Shown one piece after another: positions 54,835 through 64,000 of a DNA stretch of 64,000 nucleotides (its first letter is position 1; each line of letters starts with the position of its first letter). Origin of the DNA: the human T2T-CHM13v2.0 reference genome, Homo sapiens; NCBI RefSeq assembly GCF_009914755.1, contig NC_060925.1. One strand, given 5' to 3'. Made by a program: the position numbers and the translations under genes. Below the pieces are notes generated by a model. That model saw nothing but the letters and a program-made list of their open reading frames with translations, was not told where the DNA came from and did not search any database.

Positions 54835-55440
54835 TTTGTGGCAGAGGGAAGTAGGATAACTGAATTTCATCATCTGGGGGCGGGGGATTGGGGGTGTCTC
54901 ATCCCATTCACAGGCCAGTCCCCTCTTCTTTGGGAGCTGCCATGTTGGCACTGCATGATCCCGCCCCTATCCATGGTTGATTGGACCAGGAGTGGACCAA
55001 GCTGGGCCAATCCAATGTCTTTGGGAGCTGCCATGTTGGCATCGCATGATTCAGCCCCCATTTGTGGTTGATTGGACCAGGAGAGGACCCAGCTGGGCCA
55101 ATCCAATTGTCTCTCCTGGGCACTGGGATTGCAATGCACTTGCTTGGGGAGCCCTGGGGAGGCAAGGTCCTGCTGCAACAACAAGGAGGAGGAGAAAATG
55201 GGTCTACAAGCACAGACGAACAAAGCAGGCACAGAGAGAAGAAACTCAGAGATAGGAAATGGGTTGGACTGGTAACTGATCAAATCTCTGCTTCCAGTCT
55301 CTTCTGGAGTATTGGCTGCCTTCCTGCCCTTGGCTGTCATGGACGAATCCCCCTTTTAATAAACTATTCTCTTTGGTTATGCCAGTGGAGAGGTTTTCCA
55401 TTACCTGCAACTAAATTTTTCATTAATATAGATATCCAAT
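54835..55440 (+). mobile_element. LTR16-like ERVL LTR with an internal 91-bp tandem duplication
   Basis: gattggaccagg...gggccaatc motif and end motif ttacctgcaacta. Confidence 0.5.
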
Positions 55441-58400
55441 AAAATAATGCTCATAAGAGCAGGTATATCTCTTCCAAGGGACTTACAGGTATTATTTTAC
55501 ATAAACTTCCCAACAACCCTCTGTGGAAGTTGTTAACATTCCCATTTCACAGATGAAGAACTGAGGCACGGAGAGCCTCACTTGCTCAAGGTCAAGCAGC
55601 TACTGGAGCCAGATTTGAGCCCAGGTAGTCTGACTTCAGAGCCTGGGCCACAGTCCATCACTATAGACCTTTTCATTTGCAACTGCTAGGAGATGAGGGC
55701 TCAGGCCTTCGGAGCCCACCCCATCACGCGCTCACTCTAGCCCTGCAAGCACACAGAAAACTGGAGGAGTTGAAATCTGAGGAGGGATGTTTGCCCTCTG
55801 TCCCCCGCTGCCCTAACCACTCCCGCCCCCTGGAGGTATGTGAAGAGTCCAGAATCCCTGGGATTCCTGACACTGCACTTTGAGGTGATAAACATTAAAC
55901 CCACTAGTCTTCCTTACTCTGAGTGCCCAGAAACACCTGGGACCACGTAGAAGGAGGCTGTCAAGGAGACTGGACTGTCCTGGAGGTGTGCCACACAGTC
56001 ACTCTCACCTTCCAGAAGGGCTTGTGGGCATGCCCTCTCTCTCCCCTGACAGAGACTGTGAGGCCCCGTGGTTAGGGGCCTAGGCTGGGAGCCACATGCT
56101 GGGTGCCTGATCTTGGTTTAGCCTCCAAGCCTCCGTTTTCATTCTCTGTTGAATGGGGATCATAATAACCCCTACCCAGAGGAGTAAATGAGATAATGCA
56201 TCCAAAGGGCTTAAAAACTTGGACAGGATTAGGAAAATGTTGGCGTATGATGGGAGAAAAGCAGGGACTCTCAATATGTATCATCCTACGCGCCTATCCT
56301 TTTAAAGTTTTTTTAAAAATTAGATTTGGAAAGATAAAAACCAAGGTGTTAAATGGGATATCTCTGTGTGATAAGATTACCAGGCATTTTAGTTTACTTG
56401 ACTTTTTGCATTTACACTTCCTAGCATGAACCTAGATGATTTATATATTTTAAAACATATTGGACTTTACACATATACAATATTTTTATTATTATTTACT
56501 TCAAGTGCTTGCCTAAATCCTAAAGCTATTGTGTGTGGGACACTTGTGAGTTGCCTCTCCAGCACCCACTCCCCTCTTCTCTTTTCAGGGCAGATTGGGT
56601 GGGTTGAACTCCACTCCATCTCCAAGGGTGGGCCTGGATTGGCTTAAATCAATCACTGTTGTGACAGGCTTAGGGAGCTCATCGTGGAGGCTGGGTCCAG
56701 GAGATGCAATTCCAAGACTTGTGTTTGTTTGGGGAAATAGATTTTCTTTCTTTCTTTTCTTTCTTTTTTTCTTCTTCTTTTTTTCTTTTAATATATTAAC
56801 AGTGACTTCCATATATCACCTGGGAACCTCTGCTTGGGTGAGAATGGGCCCAAGAGGGAGGAAGAGGAGCTGAGAATGGAAAGACAGAAAAGCAAGGTCC
56901 TGATTATATCACTGAACCACTGGGAAGACGCTCTGGATGTAGACTTTTTTTTTTTTTTTTTTTTTTTGAGACAGGATCTCACTCTGTCATCCAGGCTGGA
57001 ATGCAGTGGTGTGATCACTACCCGCTGCAGCCTCGACACCCCCATACCCCCTCCACCACCAGCTCAAGCCATCCTCCCACCTCAGCCTCCAAAGTAGCTG
57101 GGACTACAGGTACGTGCCATAATGCTCAACTACTTTTTGTGGGGTTTTGTTATTGTTGTTGTAGTGTTTGTTTTTTTGTAGAGATGGGATTTTGCCACAT
57201 TGCCCAGGCTGGTCTCCAAGTCCTGGGCTCAAGCCATCCTCCTGCCTTGGCCTCCCAAAGTGCTAGGATTACAGGCATGAGCCATCGTGCCCTGCCTCTG
57301 GTTATAGACTTTTCATTTTAGTGAGCCCATACATTCCATTATTTTCAAAACCAGTTTGAGAAGTTGTATTTTCTGTTACTTGGAGCTTTCTAACTGGTGA
57401 TGAAACTGGTACCAGAAGTGGGATGTTGCAAGTAACAGGCCTTGCACAGTGGGACTTGTAGAGCTGACAAGGTAGGTGCAGGAGACCTGGACCTGAGGCT
57501 CTTGGCTGGGAAGGTGGCAACTCTCAAATAGTTGGTAATTAAAGAATTGGTTACTCCACAGCCTGCTGAATCTTGGAATTTAAACCATGTGCCTACATAA
57601 GGCTACTTCTTTAGGAGACTTGTGGGAAAATTTTAGCATTTTGAAATGTTTGGCTGGCCACTTCTTGTGGTTTTTAGTAAATTCCTACAAGAAAGAAATA
57701 TACTTCTTTTGAAACAGGGCTGCTTGAAAGAAGAGAGGGAAGAACTACAGCTTTGCTAAGAGAGGCCCTTTGGACTTGAGTCCTGCCATTCAAGTTGATG
57801 GAGAGTCCAGGAGTCCAGCCAAAAAGCTTAATTCTCTACTTCAAGCCATGTTTAGTGTAAGGGGAGGCCAGGAGGTAGGAGAGAGCAGGAGATAAAACTG
57901 AAGAATCTTCAGGCCCCTCCTAAACACAGCCTGTTAAGTATTCTTTGTTTGACAAGCAGACCCAGCTCCTCTTCTCATGTTCTTGCTGGGATGTAGACAG
58001 TAAACAAGAGGCCAATTACTGGTACCTCTCTGCCCCTGTCCATGGCTTTAACCTGCCAAGATAGAGGTCATCCATTAAAACAAGGCCTGGAGGAATGCAT
58101 AGAGCTCAAGGTCAGTTGTCAGGAGATACGTACTTCCAGGTTGTGTTCTGGACACAGAGACGTCGAAGGTCTCTGGGTTGGGCTACTGGTCCGTGCATTT
58201 CAGTGGAAGCAAATAGACAGGACACAGAGTAAGCCTTTAAAAATATTGTTGGCTTGGTGTGGTGGGTCATACCTGTAGTCCCAGCATTTTGGGAGGCCGA
58301 GGCAGGCAGATCACTTGAGGTCAGGAGTTTGAGACCAGCCTGGCCAACATGGTGAAACACTGTCTCTACTAAAAATACAAAAAAAAAAAAAATTACCTGG

Positions 58401-59962
58401 ACGTGGTGGCATGCACCTGTAATCCTAGCTACTCGGGAGAAGAAGGCAGGAGAATTGCTTGAACCTGGAGGCAGAGGTTGCAGTGAGCTGAGATCATGCC
58501 ACTGCACTCCAGCCCAGGCTACAGAGCGAGACTCCATCTCAAAAACAAACAAACAAACAAAAAAAGAATATTGCTAAAAGAATCCCCAATGTGGCCAACA
58601 CCAGCCTGCCACTGCCCAGGCCCTAAAGCCTCCTTAGGTCCCTGAATTTGCATCTAACAGGAAGCGGGATGCTAAAATGGTACAGCATCCCAGGGGAAGC
58701 ATCTCCAAGGCTTATATCAGCTGTATCCACAGAAGACAGGGAGATGATGGCTGGGCTCAGTGGCTCATGCCTGTAATCCAGCACTTTGGGAGGCCAAGGT
58801 GGGTGGATCTCTTGAAGTCAGGAGTTCGAGACCAGCCTGGTCAACATGGCAAAACCCCATCTCTACTAAAAATACAAAAATTAGCTGGGCCTGGTGGTGC
58901 GCACCTGTAATCCCAGCTACTCCGGAGGCTGAGACAGGAGAATCACCAGGAGGCAGAGGTTGCAGTGAGCCGAGATCACACCACTGCATTCCAGCCTGGG
59001 AGACAGAGCGAGACTGGGTCTTAAAAAATAAAAAACAAAAAAAAAGAAGAAGAAGACAAGGAGATGGACAGGCAGGCTGAGGTACAGGCAGGAAGATGGA
59101 TGAATCTTTAAGAAGATTTTATCAGAGTTGATGAAAGCCCTGTGTCAGGGGTGAAGGAGATCTCTCTGACGTCCTGGGTGTAGCCAAGCTTTTGTCCTAC
59201 TTACTAAGGATGGCTTCTTTTCTGTTTTTTTTTGTTTTGTTTTGTTTTGTTTTTACCCCAAAATATGCATATCTATTATGAATCAATTTCAAAAGGGCAA
59301 ACATTGTGTGATTTCATTTATATGAAGTACCTTAAGGACAAGCTCATGGAGTTACTTTCTTATCTCTCTCCTGAGACTACAAGTTTCTTGAGGACAGGAA
59401 ATATGTCACTAATCTTTGAACCGCTCAGGGGCTTTGTTAAATAGTTCAGGGCACACTAAGTGCTCAGCAAATACTTATTGATCTGAATTTAGAAGTCTCA
59501 ACAAAATTTGTTATATTGCCTGAGTCAGCCCAGAAGTGAAGTCTTCACATCATATTATTTTAGTATAAAACTGTTCTTACTTAGGATATCAGCAGACTCT
59601 CTGTTAATATGTCTGTTGGCTTTCAGTGACATCTGAATTGTTGACTGCATGCTTCTTGAAACATTTTTCTGGCTTTAGGATGTCATACTTCCCTAGATTT
59701 ACTTTCTAATTCTCCATTTACTGCTTTTAAGTCTCTTTGGTAGACTCTTCTCTGATGAGCACTTAAAGATGAGCATTCCCTGGGTGTTTGTCCTTGGAAA
59801 TCTGTTTACACTGGTACCAGTTCTTCCCAAATGCTTGTCCTCAAATAGTGTCATTTCATGATAGCCATTTTTTCAATGAAGGTCAGTGTAATGAGTCTTT
59901 TATCTACGTTAATTGGTTAATTGGGAGGACTGCCCTTCGTTTTAGGATTGTGTTATCCATAC

Positions 59963-61453
59963 TTTTTTTTTTTTTTTTTTTTTATTGATCATTCTTGGGT
60001 GTTTCTCGCAGAGGGGGATTTGGCAGGGTCATAGGACAATAGTGGAGGGAAGATCAGCAGATAAACAAGTGAACAAAGGTCTCTGGTTTTCCTAGGTAGA
60101 GGACCCTGCGGCCTTCCGCAGTGTTTGTGTCCCTGGGTACTTGAGATTAGGGAGTGGTGATGACTCTTAAGGAGCATGCTGCCTTCAAGCATCTGTTTAA
60201 CAAAGCACATCTTGCACCGCCCTTAATCCATTTAACCCTGAGTGGACACCGCACATGCCCCAGAGAGCACAGGGCTGGGGGCAAGGTCACAGATCAACAG
60301 CATCCCAAGGCAGAAGAACCCCTCCCAGTACAGAACAAAATGAAGTCTCCCATGTCTACTTCTTTCTACACAGACACAGCAACAATCTGATTTCTCTATC
60401 TTTTCCCCACCTTTCCCCCTTTTCTATTCCACAAAACCACCATCGTCATCATGGCCCATTTTCAATGAGCTGTTGGGTACACCTCCCAGACAGGGTGGTG
60501 GCCGGGCAGAGGGGCTCCTCACTTCCCAGAAGGGGTGGCCAGGCAGAGGCGCCCCCCATCTCCCTCCCGGACGGGGCGGCTGGCCGGGCGGGGGCTGACC
60601 CCCCACCTCCCTCCCGGACGGGGCGGCTGGCCGGGCGGGGGCTGACCCCCACCTCCCTCCCAGACGGGGTGGCTGCCGGGCGGAGACGCTCCTCACTTCC
60701 CAGACGGGGTGGCTGCCGGGCGGAGGGGCTCCTCACTTCTCAGACGGGGCGGCTGGGCAGAGACGCTCCTCACCTCCCAGACGGGGTCGCGGCGGGGCAG
60801 AGGCACTCCCCACATCTCAGACGATGGGCGGCCGGGCAGAGACGCTCCTCACTTCCTAGATGGGATGGCGGCCGGGCAGAGACGCTCCTCACTTCCCAGA
60901 CTGGGCAGCCGGGCAGAGGGGCTCCTCACATCCCAGACGATGGGCAGCCAGGCAGAGACGCTCCTCACTTCCCAGACGGGGTGGCAGTCGGGCTGAGGCT
61001 ACAATCTCGGCACTTTGGGAGGCCAAGGCGGGCGGCTGGGAGGTGGAGGTTGTAGCTAGCGAGATCACGCCACTGCACTCCAGCCTGGGCACCATTGAGC
61101 ACTGAGTGAACAAGACTCCGTCTGCCATCCCGGCACCTCGGGAGGCCGAGGCTGGCAGATCACTCGCGGTTAGGAGCTGGAGACCAGCCCGGCCAACACA
61201 GCGAAACCCCGTCTCCACCAAAAAAAACGAGAACCAGTCAGGCGTGGCGGCGCGCGCCTGCAATCGCAGGCACTCGGCAGGCTGAGGCGGGAGAATCAGG
61301 CAGGGAGGTTGCAGTGAGCCGAGATGGCGGCAGTACAGTCCAGCTTCGGCTCGGCATCAGAGGGAGACCGTGGAAAGAGAGGGAGAGGGAGACCGTGGGG
61401 AGAGGGAGAGGGAGACCGTGGGGGGGGGGGGAGGGGGAGGGGGAGGGCGAGGG
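59963..61453 (-). mobile_element. Complete SVA retrotransposon (hexamer, Alu-like, VNTR, SINE-R, poly-A), about 1.5 kb
   Basis: On the + strand: poly-T at 59963, SINE-R to about 60480, GC-rich VNTR about 60480-61000, Alu-like region to about 61360, GGAGAG/GGGGA hexamer-type repeats to 61453. Short TSD cttttttt. Confidence 0.96.
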
Positions 61454-61454
61454 C

Positions 61455-64000
<2,546 letters not shown>

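Noticed and set aside
60255-61055. 266-aa ORF and overlapping ORFs
   Set aside because: They lie in the GC-rich SVA VNTR and Alu-like region, where stop codons are rare. This is a repeat artefact.

Overview
Primate, most likely human, genomic DNA containing the complete coding region of an NBPF (Olduvai/DUF1220) gene on the + strand. Fourteen GT-AG coding exons (3319-41311) splice into a 1902-nt ORF (633 aa plus stop). Its length and distinctive N-terminus (MPLTPTVQGFQWTLRGPD...) match NBPF3 as I recall it (chr1p36.12, next to ALPL; the locus comes from prior knowledge, not from the window). The protein has a coiled-coil region followed by five two-exon Olduvai domains. The promoter and first exon lie upstream of the window. 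Also present: a partial processed PFN1 pseudogene in the long first coding intron, many Alu, L1, L2, MIR and LTR relics, and a complete SVA at about 60.0-61.5 kb. The most notable observations are: (1) a tail-less internal L1 fragment with a perfect 17-bp target duplication and target/RNA complementarity at both ends; (2) the C-terminus and 3'UTR are a former intron released by loss of a donor, and the sister introns still encode similar latent tails; (3) inverted Alus bracket phase-symmetric exon blocks that could form stop-free circular ORFs; (4) candidate cassette exons that would convert the N-terminal extension into a uORF. I found no CRISPR array, tRNA or rRNA. I cannot show a wholly new biological system here; the findings are mechanistic hypotheses. 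Repeat subfamily names come from memory of consensus sequences, and repeat boundaries are approximate.
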